DNA of 64,000 nt from Eledone cirrhosa (Eukaryota). The stretch covers positions 26,412,001-26,476,000 of the forward strand of contig OZ024756.1 of assembly GCA_964016885.1 (NCBI GenBank). The letters run 5' to 3'. A program made the translations under genes and the position numbers. The notes under the pieces were generated by a model. That model was not told where the DNA came from, ran no database searches, and saw only the letters and a program-made list of their open reading frames with translations. Position 1 is the first letter of the stretch. Each line of letters begins with the position of its first letter. Shown piece by piece: positions 41,301-54,700 of the stretch.

Positions 41301-42364
41301 CTGTACGTGTACACCTTGTCTGATGATGTTAGGTACATACCTGTACGTGTACACCTTGTCTGATGATGTTAGGTACATACCTGTACGTGTACACCTTGTC
41401 TGATGATGTTAGGTACATACCTGTACGTGTACACCTTGTCTGATGATGTTAGGTACATACCTGTACGTGTACACCTTGTCTAATGATGTTAGGTACATAC
41501 CTGTATGTGTACACCTTGTCTGATGATGTTAGGTACATACCTGTATGTGTACACCTTGTCTAATGATGTTAGGTACATACCTGTACGTGTACACCTTGTC
41601 TAATTGTGTTAGGTACATACCTGTATATGTACACCTTGTCTAATTGTGTTAGTTATACACCTAGTCTAATTAAGTTCATATTGTTTGCATACCTTGTCTA
41701 ATTAAATGCATCTTCCATTCCAAAAGCAGGTGGAAACCCACTCTCAATTAGATCTCTTCCTGTTGTCTCTATTATGTGTGATTTTTAATCTATCTCCTTT
41801 TGAGTCGTAGGAGTGTCATCATGACAAACAGCATGTCTTGGGCAGTTTAGATCTGGCTGAGGCCATACATCTCTTGGTCTAAATACAGTTGATTTCTTCC
41901 ATAGAAGGAATGAGAGTGATAGGGGGAAGTGAGAAAGAGCCATAAAGGAAGAATCAACCCCTGTACTAAATTGGCATATTTTTTTTATTTTATAAACTTT
42001 GAAAAGATGAAAGGCAAAGTTGACTTCAGCAGGATTTGAACTCAGAGCACAGAGAACCAAAATAAATACTACGAAGAACTCCATTTGACATTCTAACCAC
42101 TGTCAATTCATCACCTCTTTTTAATTTATGATTTTAAAACATGTTCATTTTAAAAAAAAAATGTTCTATTTAAACTAAAACTGCCAATCATAATCTAATC
42201 TATGAGTATTTTATGTTCCAAACACCAGCTTAGTAGCAACAAAGTTAATTGTAAAACATAGGCAGTATATCTTATTAGAAACATAAGCAATGGTAGAATG
42301 GATTGCACTATTTGATTGAGCTCTTTGTTCTCTGACTTCAAATCTTGCCAAAGTCAACTTTTAG

Positions 42365-42427
<63 letters not shown>

Positions 42428-44779
42428 AAACCTGGAGAAGGATCATGACTCCACTAGGAGTTACAGGTCCATACATGCATTATAGAGCCTGGGTTGGTTT
42501 CATGCAGTTTGGTATGGAAATGACTTAACCCTTTAGCATTCACATTACTCTATATTTACTATTATATTTTTGTGATAAATGCTTTATCTCACATAATTAT
42601 TTCACTTAATATTGAATCTATGAAATTTTGATGTAATTTATTTTGAGAACAATACTTTAACATCAGTATGGTTACGGCTGGTTTGAACAAAAAGAGATGA
42701 GAGAACTCTGGCCGGTTTAAATGCTAAAGGGTTAAAGCTGTTTTGTTGTCTTCTCTTTGCAGGTTTCATGGAGTCATGACCAACCATATCAGGTAATCAG
42801 TCGTGGTGAGGTTATTAATGTCTACAACAAAGAAATAGATGGTCTAAAACAGTATGAGGTTAAAAAGCATCAATCTAAAAACGGTGACCGAATTACCTTT
42901 ACGTTAATAATTCGCTTTCTCTCAGAACTGAATGATGGCCGTTATATATGTACCATCGAGATTATTGGTACCGATCCTGAAAAAAACCCAAAGAAATTTG
43001 GATTTATCACAGTTCTTGGTAAGTATTTATTTATTCTTCTTCACCCACTTATGCCTTGGAGGATCATGTGTACAGAGTCCTCAAGCACAGCCTACCAACT
43101 GGTCCTGTCAGAAGCTACAGTCTCCAATTGGTCCTGCTGGATCCCCAAACAAGACCAACCAAGCTCATGAATGTTATTTGACCATCTTGCTTTATTTTTT
43201 TATTTCATTTTTCCGGTGGGGTGGTGGATTTGAAATGTAGTCTTCCCAATGGAAATGACTATAATAATAAATGAATCACTATAAATAATAGAAGAGAAAA
43301 TTGGGTAAAGTATATTTGAAATTGGAAAAAGGTGGACTGAGGCACCTATGAAGATAGGAATCCTGCATCACTTGGATGCAAATATGTTAACCATTTTCTC
43401 TTTTAATTTCAGGGAAAATTCTGATTAGATCCTTATTTTTTGTTGGTGGTGTCTTTTGCATTAATGTCACATTATTTTTTCCTGGAAATCCCAATGGAAA
43501 CTTCAGATGATTGTGGTTCTTGATTTGAGGAGGCACTTAGATATATTCATATCTCTGGTGGAAGACCCCTGCCCCCTCTCACTACCCCACACCACCCACA
43601 ATCTATTTATTGTACCTGAATGCACCCTTAAGTATAAAATATATCAATTATAATCCATTATCTGTGGGGATGTGTGAATCCCTAATATTTAGTCTAAATT
43701 TGACACCCTTGTCATTAAAGTTCACAGGTTTAAATACCCCCACCCCACTCCCTGGACTTCACCAGACAGACAGACAGGCAGGTGGGTGTTTGAGCAGATG
43801 GGCAGACTAACAGGTGGGTGTTTGAGCAGATGGGCAAACCTATAGGTGGGTGTTTGACCAGATGGGCAGACTAACAGGTGGGTGTTTGAGCAGATGGCCA
43901 AACTAACAGGTGGATGTTTGAGTAAATGGGCAAACTAACAGATGGGTGGGTAGACAGTCAGAAAGATAGGCATAGTTTTGTTACAATTTGGTGAAGAAAT
44001 CAAATCTGAGTTCTTCTGTGTGTAAAGCAATGGTGTATGTTTGTCTAAACCAGAGGCTCTCAAAGTGGGCACTACTGCCCCTCTTGGGGGCGAAGGTCCA
44101 GGAGCAGTAGAGATGATATAATAGTATATTAAATATCAAATGATACATATATATAAATATAGTAAAATAAAAAATATATAATATTTATACATAGTATATA
44201 TTATATTATTTATTATATATAAAGTAACAAATTTATTTATTATATATTATTTACAATTTGCATGTAGGCAGGTCTCTCTGGAAATAGGGATGAGGTGCAC
44301 TGAGGGTATTACATGGCCAACGGAGGGGGGAGGTCAGTGGCCAAAAAAATTTGTGAACCTCTGTCCTAAACAAAAGACAAGATGGAGTATCAGATTAAAA
44401 GCAGAAAGAAGAGGAGACACATAAGAGAACAGATAATAATCGAGGTCACAGAATGGTGTATATATTAGTCATTATAAACAATGTATGCCTTTGTCTTAAG
44501 CATTTACTTGTCACTTTAAACTATTTCCTTTTTTTTTTTTTTTACTTATCTGTCACTAGTGCCTCCCAAGATAATGTTTTCGACAACAACAACAAGGAAG
44601 GAGTTGAAATTAGGAAGTAACAGCACGTTAGGATGTAATTCTACAGGGATTCCTCCTCCAAATATCACCTGGGTAAGAACCAATGGTGATCTACTTCCTA
44701 ATATGAAGCACAGTCATAGAGTAAGTCCACATATTTCTCTTTCTATATATATCATCTAACCATTTTAACACACTCTCAG

Positions 44780-44853
<74 letters not shown>

Positions 44854-44858
44854 ACTCA

Positions 44859-44915
<57 letters not shown>

Positions 44916-44926
44916 CTCTCTCTCCT

Positions 44927-44958
<32 letters not shown>

Positions 44959-47900
44959 CACACACACACACATGATTATTACTGGAATTCTATAAGAGTC
45001 CAGCTTCTATAATTTTCGGCAGAAGAGGGAGTACGTAGCTCTGATGATTGCCAAGCAGCATGAAACAGACTGTTAGCTTCTCTGCCTTATTTCGCCGAAA
45101 AGAAGTAAGTGACATAGTCACTACTTTAAAAATGATAGTGTAGGTCTTCAAAATGTTTTAAATTTAAATATACGGTATATTGCCAAATATACTAAGCATA
45201 CATTCATATATATATATAGTTGAATAAATAAACAGAGAGGCAGTACAAATGGTATGGTTTTTAGTTTCACGCTTGAGAGTAGGAGGTGGGGGACAACGTT
45301 TCGGGCATAATCCCTTCATCAGGAGAACAGTGGGTAGGAGAGAGTTTCGAGGTGTGTGGGGGAGTGGTGGAAAGACATTTAAAAAAAAAGGGGGGGGGAA
45401 CAATTTACAAAGAGAAGGAAATTTTTTTAAAGTAACAAATAAAAATTGTCCAACCCTTGCAAGCAGGGAAAAGCGGACGTAAAATGATGATGATATATAT
45501 ATATATATATATATAATAATATTAAAAAGGATGTGTTAGATCTTCATTACATTTATTGAGATGTGATTCGCGTTTTGTGATTGATCAGCTCAAGTCTTCA
45601 GTACATCCATGACGTGTAGTGTGAATGATCTGTCCTCCTTCTTGTTGCATTTACTCTGTATACACGTAAGTTCATTTCTTATGTATCCGGTTTTAGCACT
45701 AATGGGGAGGGCTGACCTATAATGCACAAAAAAGTCTCTGTTGGTGGCTTTCCTATAGAAGTTGGTGTATATAGCACCTTCTTCTGTAATTCTAAGCTGG
45801 AAGTTCAGCAGGGACAAGGGACTGTTTTTATTGGGGTATTCTATGGTGTCTTATGTAGTTATCTATGTTTGAGAACATTCAGATATTATGTCAGCCTCTT
45901 TTTGGGATGATGTGAGGATGAGTATATCATTTATGTATTGGGTGAAGAAGACATAGGGGCAGCAGGTGTTGAGTGCTCAATGTTCCAGCTAGTTCATATA
46001 GGTGATGGTCAGTAGGCCTGAAAGACTCGATCTCATGAGTAGGCCTGTTTGTTTGTATGTATGTGTGGTCTTGGAAAGTGAAATTTGTATTTTCTACAAT
46101 GACGGATAGAAGTTGATGTATGTTTGGTGGAATGAGGCCAATGCAGTAAATGATGTATGAAATGATGCAGCAGTCACTGGTTACCGTTGGGTGAGAGGGT
46201 ACTGTTTGTTTATATAAACAAATGAGATCGTGTAGGTGTCACGAAAAAAAAACACACAGTCCACGCTGTAATGTGACCGTGTAGGCAACACGGTAAAAAC
46301 GTCCCAGTCCCACACTGTAAATGTGGTTGGTGTTAGGAAGGGCATCCAACTGTAGAAAACCCGCCAGACAGTCCTATGCGAGCAAGACAACCACTCTTGC
46401 CTCAAGTGGGAAAACTCCCGTCCAAACCCATGCAAGCATGGAACACGGACGTTAAACGATGATGATGATGATGATGATATAACTTTGATAGGTTTCGGCC
46501 AGTATTGACCCAGGCCATGTCTAACTTAATAGCACCACTTGGCATGTCTTTATCTATAATCTGCTGACCATTTGATGATAGTGGTGTTTTGTTTTCTTTT
46601 AAAGTATTCCATATTACATTTGACAAACGTCCGAAGTGAAGATCAAGGTGTGTATCGCTGTGTGGCTGATAATACAGTGCGACCTCCTGACCATTTAGAT
46701 GTCAGTGTCTATGTCACTTCTCATCCTGTAGTCTCTTATGTCCAAGATACAGTTGGCCAAGCTCCGACTGGAAAATATTCAGCAATATTGGAGTGTAAAG
46801 TATCAGGTATGCTTCCACATCTTTTTACTTTCTTCCACATCTTTTCACATTCTTCCACATCTATCCACACTCTTTCATATGCTTCTACATCTATCCACAG
46901 CCTCCACTCTTTTCCAGATGTTCCCACTTTCTTCTGGAAGTATCCACTCTCTTCTAGAATTGTCTAAAAGCTAATCCCTACTTTAATGACCTTAAAACGT
47001 TTTCTCTCCTCTATTACTGAAATTAACTCCTTCGGTTGTCAACATCACTATACAAGAGTTCTATTTTTTTATTTCACAAGACCTCCATAATTCTGAGAAA
47101 TTCCCCCAACAATGTATTCCTTAACTCTTTAACATTTACATTACTCTATATATACTATTGTATTTTTGTGGTAAAGGCTTTATCTTACATAATTATCTCA
47201 CATAATATCGAATCTCTGAGATTTTCGTATTATATATTTTGAGAACAATACCTTAACATAAGTATGAGTGGCCGGTTATAGCCAGTTTGAACAGAAAGAG
47301 GTGAGAAAATTCTGGCGGGATATGGCCGGTTTAAATACTAAAGGGTTCACTCCCTCTCACCACTATGTCAATTTTTCTATTGCTTTTTTAAAAATAAGAA
47401 CTCCATAATCCTTTCTAATGAAAACTTAAATATTTTCTGGTCAATGTTTCAGCTTACCCTGATGCTATATTGAGTTGGTTTAAGAAAACTACCCAGGGCA
47501 TGGATAAAATTAAGGACACTGACAAGTATGAAATTCAAAAGCTACAGAGCAGCAACCTAAAGCTTGGAATGCAATGGTATAAACTGAAGGTAAAGAATGT
47601 CCAACCCAATGATTATGCAACATATTACTGTGTTGGAACAAACAGTGAAGGAAGAGGAGAAGCTGCGATCAAATTGTTTGGTATGTCTGCTTTTGGTTTG
47701 ATTCATAGAAGATGGCTTAACCTCTTAACATTTACATAACTCTATATTTACTATTATATTTTCACGGTAAAGGCTCACATAATATCGAATCTATGAGATT
47801 TTGATATTATTTATATTGAGAACAATACCTTAACATCAGTAGGAGCAGCCAGTTATGGCCGGTTTGAACAGAAAGAGGTAAGAGAATTCTAGCTGGAGAC

Positions 47901-48747
47901 GGATGGTTTAAATGCTAAAGGATTAATCCAGGATTTCCCAACCTGGAGGAAAATTTCATCTGTTCTGTGGTTAAATTGACTGTATTTGGTCTTACTACTT
48001 ATGATGATCTGGCAAAAATGAGTTGTACTTAGAATTCAAAAGGGTAGCCCTCCTTGAGAATTACGTTAAAGGTACATGTGTCTGTGGAATGCTCAGTCAC
48101 TTGCACATTAATTTCTGTTGATGAAATAACTGAAACATTCATCATCATAGCTGATGCAAGTTGATCACACACACACACAAACACATACATTCTCACCATG
48201 AAGCTTTTTTGGAGGTCAGGAAGTTGGTGAAGGGAGAATCGTAGAGGGTGGGGGGCTGTCGTGACATGCAGCATTTCTTGGACATGTTAAACCTAGCAGA
48301 GCACATGCCCTCTCCAAGTCTGAAGAGAAGAGAAATGAGAAAGAGATATAGAGAAAGAAAAGTCCTCAGTGCTGAACTGGTATTTGGTGAGATTTGAATT
48401 CAGAACACAGACCTGGAATGAATGCTTGCATACCATGCTGTCCAAAATTCAAACAAGTCTGGCAATTCACAACATGGGGGATGCATATGATAGGGCAAAA
48501 GGAAAAAGCTTGTTATGGGGGTCTGCAAGGCTAACTCCTACTTTTGTATTGCAAAAATAGCCAAAAAATGTTTGTTGTTGTTATACTAAATTTTTTTTAT
48601 TTTTTTTCAGAAACACTTGAGTGTCAAGGACCGAATTGCCCGTCCCCTACAAGCCGTGGATCAATGTTAGGAGCTTACACAAACCTCATGATTATTTTGA
48701 GTCTTTTTTACATATTTCTTATCCAAAGCTTTCCCATTGGGTTATAA
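38382..48747 (+). CDS. Lachesin/amalgam-like cell-adhesion protein: signal peptide, 3 Ig domains, hydrophobic C-terminus (likely GPI signal), ~381 aa
   Basis: Exons 38382-38436, 40981-41087, 42763-43018, 44560-44720, 46605-46806, 47453-47680, 48611-48747 (1146 nt, phases match); Ig motifs LNCTV..VSW..DGRYIC, GCNSTGIPPPNITW..DQGVYRC, LECKVSAYP..SW..DYATYYC; C-terminal ETLECQGPNC. Confidence 0.92.
39765..40663. repeat. piggyBac MITE with tandem amplification of a 40/51-bp subterminal unit
   Basis: CAGCCAGTTTGAACAGAAAGAGGTGAGAGAATTCTGGCAGGATA repeated ~17 times over 39890-40663. Confidence 0.85.
41131..41655. repeat. 40-bp minisatellite, ~13 copies
   Basis: AGGTACATACCTGTACGTGTACACCTTGTCTGATGATGTT. 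Confidence 0.95.
43778..43950. repeat. 32-bp minisatellite, ~5 copies
   Basis: CAGGTGGGTGTTTGAGCAGATGGGCAGACTAA. Confidence 0.85.
44051..44363. mobile_element. hAT-type MITE
   Basis: TIR CAGAGGCTCTCAAA / TTTGTGAACCTCTG; 8-bp TSD GTCTAAAC / TCCTAAAC. Confidence 0.65.
45037..45078 (+). ncRNA. Type-I hammerhead ribozyme in Ig-gene intron 4 (sense)
   Basis: AGCT-CTGATGA-T-TGC-CAAGCA-GCA-T-GAAA-CAGACTG-TT-AGCT; flanking GGCAGA/TCTGCC could extend stem I. Confidence 0.7.
45291..45328 (-). ncRNA. Minimal hammerhead (degenerate stem I)
   Basis: Minus: CTC-CTGATGA-A-GGG..CCC-GAAA-CG-TT; downstream AAGCGTGAA shared with the 8436 copy. Confidence 0.55.
45590..46110 (-). mobile_element. Penelope-like element reverse transcriptase pseudogene
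   Basis: Frameshifted TNFTFQDHTY.Q..GLLMRSSLSGLLTITYM..YINDIL and YRKATNRDFFVHYRSALPISAK..IRNE (PLE RT motifs and thumb). Confidence 0.75.
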
Positions 48748-48826
48748 ACTGCAACACTATATCTACTTGCAACTAAATTACAGATTTATTTGGTTTTTAT
48801 GTGTATGTACATATAGGTGAACATGA

Positions 48827-48862
<36 letters not shown>

Positions 48863-49224
48863 TGTTTTTACATCCGCTTTTCTATGCTTGCTTGGGTTGG
48901 ATGGGTCCTTCCTGTGACTGGAACACGCTTATATTACTGGTTATCTTCCCTTTGGTTACCTTTGTGCATCCTCTTCAAACAGTCTTTCCTTCCAGTTAGC
49001 TTACTCATTTTCCCACTACATCTCTTGTATACCCAAGATTTACATTGTGCACATCATATGGAGTTTAGGCCTAATCCATTTCTACATATTGAGCAAGACT
49101 ATTTCCCTGAAGTAATCAGTTTCCTCTCTCCCCTCATACTCACTAGCATTTAGTTTTGGCTAATATACACACACACATATAACCACCCAGATCTTAAAAT
49201 ACAGTAACAGTCCTGATATGTGCA

Positions 49225-49640
49225 AGGTATGGCGCAACAATCTGGCCTGACTTATCTTATAAAAAGACCACTTACTATCACAGCTCCACTATGAGTAAGG
49301 CTTGGCGCAGTCAACTGGCCTGACATCCCTCATAATGGGACCTTCCAGCTCCCAAATAATGGTTCCAATGTGAACAGGGTGCAGAGCGGCCAACTGGCCA
49401 GACCTACATCATAATGGAACCACCCAAGGCTCCACTATGAGTAAGGTTTAGTGTGGCCAACTGACCTGACCTCCCTCATAATGGGACCATCCAGCTCCCA
49501 AATTATGGTTCTGATGTGAGCAGGGTGCAGCGCGGCCAACTGGCCAAACTTCCCTCATAGTGGGACCATCCAGATCCTAAACTATGGTTCCCATGTAAGC
49601 AGAGTACAGCGCAGCCAACTGGCCTCATAATGGTGTCACC
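49225..49640. repeat. Degenerate ~58-bp tandem repeat, ~7 copies
   Basis: Recurrent GGCCAACTGGCC...CATAATGGGACC...GCTCC units. Confidence 0.65.
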
Positions 49641-50090
49641 CAGTTCCTTAGTCTAAATGCATCCAGCTGTAAAAATCCCAGCCGAAATACCGTTCCGACT
49701 GAGCAAAGTACGGTGACACTAGACTTGTCTCATGACATCGGTAACCCTTCCAACCCATGCAAGCATGGAGAAGTTAACCCTTTAGCATTTACATTACTCT
49801 ATATATACTATTGTATTTTCACAGTAAAAGCTTTACCTCACATAATATCAAATATATGAGATTTTGATATTATTTATTTTGAGAACAATACCTTAACATA
49901 AGTATGAGTGGCCAGTTACAACCAGTTTAAACTGAAATAGGTGAGAGAATTCTGACCGGATATGGCTGGTTTAAATGCTAAAGGGTTAAACAATGATGAT
50001 GATGATGATATGTACACATACACAATTATATGTAAATATATATGTTGACTAATCAAAACTGGGCAGGCATCTAAGATCAAAATATATATG

Positions 50091-50151
<61 letters not shown>

Positions 50152-50510
50152 GTATATATATATATGTATATATGTATATATATGTATATGTATATATATG
50201 TATATGTATGCTGTAATGTGGCCATGTAGGCAACATGATAAAAACCTCCCAGCCCCACAATGTAAATGTGGTTGGTGTTAGGAAGGGCATCCAACTGTAG
50301 AAAACCTGCCAGACAGTCCTATGCGAGCAAGACAATCACTCTTGCCTCAAGTGGGACTACCCCCATCCAAACCCATGCAAGCGTGGAACACGGACGTTAA
50401 ACGTTAATGATGATGATGATGATGATATATGTATATATGTATATGTATATATATATATGTATATGTATATATGTATATATATATATATATGTATGTATAT
50501 ATGTATATAT

Positions 50511-50541
<31 letters not shown>

Positions 50542-50836
50542 TATATATGTATATATGTATATATGTATATGTATATATATGTATATATGTATATATATAT
50601 ATATATGTATATGTATATGTATATATATATATATATGTATGTATATATGTATATATGTATATATGTATATGTATATATATATATATGTATGTATATATAT
50701 ATATATATGTATATATATGTATATATAATGGAAAAATTTGAACTGGAACAAAACAGAGGCAGTACAACGAATGTTTATTAATTTCACGCTCTGGAGAGTG
50801 GGGTGGTGGTGGGGAAATGTATATATATATGTATAT

Positions 50837-50980
50837 AAGTTTTAATATAGATGAGATTCTACAGGACTAGAACAGTTCTAGTCCTGTAGAATCTCATCTA
50901 TATTAAAACTTTTATACTCTGCTATGTATTGAGTACCTTACTTACTGTGGTTACCTCCGATTCAACCCGGAATAACGTAC
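50837..50980 (+). mobile_element. Fold-back element family D
   Basis: 37-bp arms AAGTTTTAATATAGATGAGATTCTACAGGACTAGAAC/inverse plus tail, between TA tracts; homologous to 52700-52741. Confidence 0.65.
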
Positions 50981-50988
50981 TATATATG

Positions 50989-51019
<31 letters not shown>

Positions 51020-51149
51020 GTGTATATGTATATATGTATATATATGTGTATATGTATATATATATGTGTATATATATATATGTGTATATATATATATGTG
51101 TATATATATATGTGTATATATATATGTGTATATATATATGTGTATATAT

Positions 51150-51193
<44 letters not shown>

Positions 51194-51278
51194 GTGTATA
51201 TATATATGTGTGTATATATATATATGTGTGTATATATATATATGTGTGTGTATATATATATATATGTATGTATATATA

Positions 51279-51319
<41 letters not shown>

Positions 51320-51578
51320 ATATATATATATATATGTGTGTGTATATATATATATATATGTGTATATATATATATGTGTGTATATATATATATATATGTG
51401 TATATATATATATGTGTATATATATATATATATATGTGTGTATATATATATATATGTGTATATATATATATATGTGTGTATATATATATATATGTGTATA
51501 TATATATATATGTGTGTATATATATATATATGTGTGTATATATATGTGTATATATATATATATGTGTGTATATATATA

Positions 51579-51649
<71 letters not shown>

Positions 51650-51744
51650 GTGTATATATATATATATGTGTGTATATATATATATATATATGTGTATATA
51701 TGTGTATATATATATATATATATGTGTATATATATATATATGTG

Positions 51745-51775
<31 letters not shown>

Positions 51776-52184
51776 ATATATATATATATGTGTATATATA
51801 TATATGTGTATATATATATATGTGTGTATATATATATATGTGTATATATATATATATGTGTATATATATATATATGTGTATATATATATATATGTGTATA
51901 TATATATATATGTGTATATATATATATGTGTATATATATATATATGTGTATATATATATATATGTGTGTGTATATATATATATGTGTATATGTATATATA
52001 TGTGTATATATATATATATGTGTATATATATATATGTGTATATATATATGTGTGTATATATATATATGTGTATATATATATATATATGTGTATATATATA
52101 TATATATGTGTATATATATATATGTGTGTATATATATATATGTGTGTATATATATATATGTGTGTATATATATATATATGTGTG

Positions 52185-52216
<32 letters not shown>

Positions 52217-52242
52217 TATGTGTATATATATATATATATATA

Positions 52243-52294
<52 letters not shown>

Positions 52295-52296
52295 TG
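50981..52296. repeat. (TA)n/(TG)n compound microsatellite
   Basis: Direct reading. Confidence 0.95.
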
Positions 52297-52674
52297 TAGC
52301 ATTTTGAATCTGTCTACAGAATTCTCTAAACCTTTGTCACTTAGTAGAACCTTAATGAATTTAGCTTTTAAAGAATCTCCCTTTCCTTTAATTCTATCTA
52401 CCATGACTGACCCCCCACTGATCTTATAGACATCTGTTAGCTTAAGAGAAACTTAATGACAAGGAATGGTATGCCATCCGGAACCTGTTTATAGAATTCT
52501 GACTGCCTTTGTTACTCTAAAAACAAAAATTAATAAAAATAAACTATAGCTTTGTAGAATTAGCTTTTAATGAATTCCCTTTTCTATCAACCAATGACCT
52601 ACACCCATCCCACTCCCCACCCTCTCCTACCACTTGTAGAGACCTATAAATACCATATTTATTTTTTGATACCC

Positions 52675-52725
52675 AGATTCCTGATGATTTCTAAAGAATG
52701 AAACAGTTCTAGTCCTGTAGCATCT
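52675..52725 (+). ncRNA. Type-I hammerhead ribozyme (family D)
   Basis: AGATTC-CTGATGA-T-TTC-TAAA-GAA-T-GAAA-CAG-TTCTAGTC-CTG-TA-GCATCT (GAATCT in the 50889 copy gives a perfect stem I). Confidence 0.7.
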
Positions 52726-52740
52726 CATCTATATTAAAAC

Positions 52741-52799
<59 letters not shown>

Positions 52800-53127
52800 C
52801 ATCATCATCATTTTACGTCTGCTTTTCCCTGTACTTTCTGAACACCCACCTCCGTTGCTAATTCGGTCACCTAGGTAGCAGAAGCTGTCTACTGTTTCTA
52901 CAGGGCCCTCCCAAAGATTGGTGGTACTTGTTTCCTGTGTCTGTTTGCTGCTTGCTGTCTCAGCACAGCTGCTGCATGTGAATACTACATTCTTAATTAA
53001 GCTTCCTGAGATCCCGCTACATCTCTTGTGTACCCATTGTTTGCATTTGGGGCAGAGAATGGAGTTCCTACCTACACCTTTCCTACATACTGAGCAAGGC
53101 CATTTCCCTGAGGGGATCTGGGTTCTG

Positions 53128-54440
53128 TATGTATTATATATATATATATATATGTATGTATTATATATATATATGTATGTATGTATTATATATATATATG
53201 TATGTATTATATATATATATGTATGAATGTATTATATATATATGTATGAATGTATTATATATATATATGTATGAATGTATTATATATATATATGTATGAA
53301 TGTATTATATATATATATGTATGAATGTATTATATATATATATGTATGAATGTATTATATATATATATGTATGAATATATTATATATATATATGTATGAA
53401 TGTATTATATATATGTATGAATATATTATATATATATATGTATGAATGTATTATATATATATGTATGAATGTATTATATATATATATATATGTATGAATG
53501 TATTATATATATATATGTATGAATGTATTATATATATATATGTATGTATGAATGTATTATATATATATATATATGTATGAATGTATATATATATATATAT
53601 ATGTATGAATGTATTATATATATATATATGTATGAATGTATTATATATATATATGTATGAATGTATTATATATATATATGTATGAATGTATTATATATAT
53701 ATATGTATGAATATATTATATATATATATGTATGAATGTATTATATATATATGTATGAATGTATTATATATATATATATATGTATGAATGTATTATATAT
53801 ATATGTATGAATATATATATATATATATATGTATGAATGTATTATATATATATATATATATGTATGAATATATTATATATATATATGTATGAATGTATTA
53901 TATATATATATATATATATGTATGTATTATATATATATGTATGAATGTATTATATATATATATATATGTATGAATGTATTATATATATATATATATGTAT
54001 GAATGTATTATATATATATATGTATGAATGTATTATATATATATGTATGAATGTATTATATATATATATATATATGTATGAATGTATTATATATATATAT
54101 GTATGAATGTATTAGATATATATATATATATGTATGAATGTATTATATATATATATGTATGAATGTATTATATATATATATGTATGAATGTATTATATAT
54201 ATATATGTATGAATGTATTATATATATATATGTATGAATGTATTATATATATATATGTATGAATGTATTATATATATATATGTATGAATGTATTATATAT
54301 ATATATGTATGAATGTATTATATATATATATGTATGAATATATTATATATATATATGTATGAATATATTATATATATATATATATGTATGAATGTATTAT
54401 ATATATATGTATGAATATATTATATATATATGTATGAATG

Positions 54441-54482
<42 letters not shown>

Positions 54483-54700
54483 ATATATATATAGTAATAA
54501 TTATTATAAAGACCAAGATATATGTATGTTTGTGTATATATATATATAGTAATAATTATTATAAAGACCAAGATGTATGTATGTATGTATATATATATAT
54601 TAATAATTATTATAAAGACCAAGATATATGTATGTATGTGTATATATGTATATATATATATATATATATAGTAATAATTATTATAAAGACCAAGATATAT
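53128..54700. repeat. ~24-bp TATGAATGTAT(TA)n minisatellite
   Basis: Direct reading. Confidence 0.9.

Noticed and set aside
41131-41655. Tandem CTGATGA as a ribozyme array or CRISPR
   Set aside because: No GAAA or stems I-III, and no unique spacers
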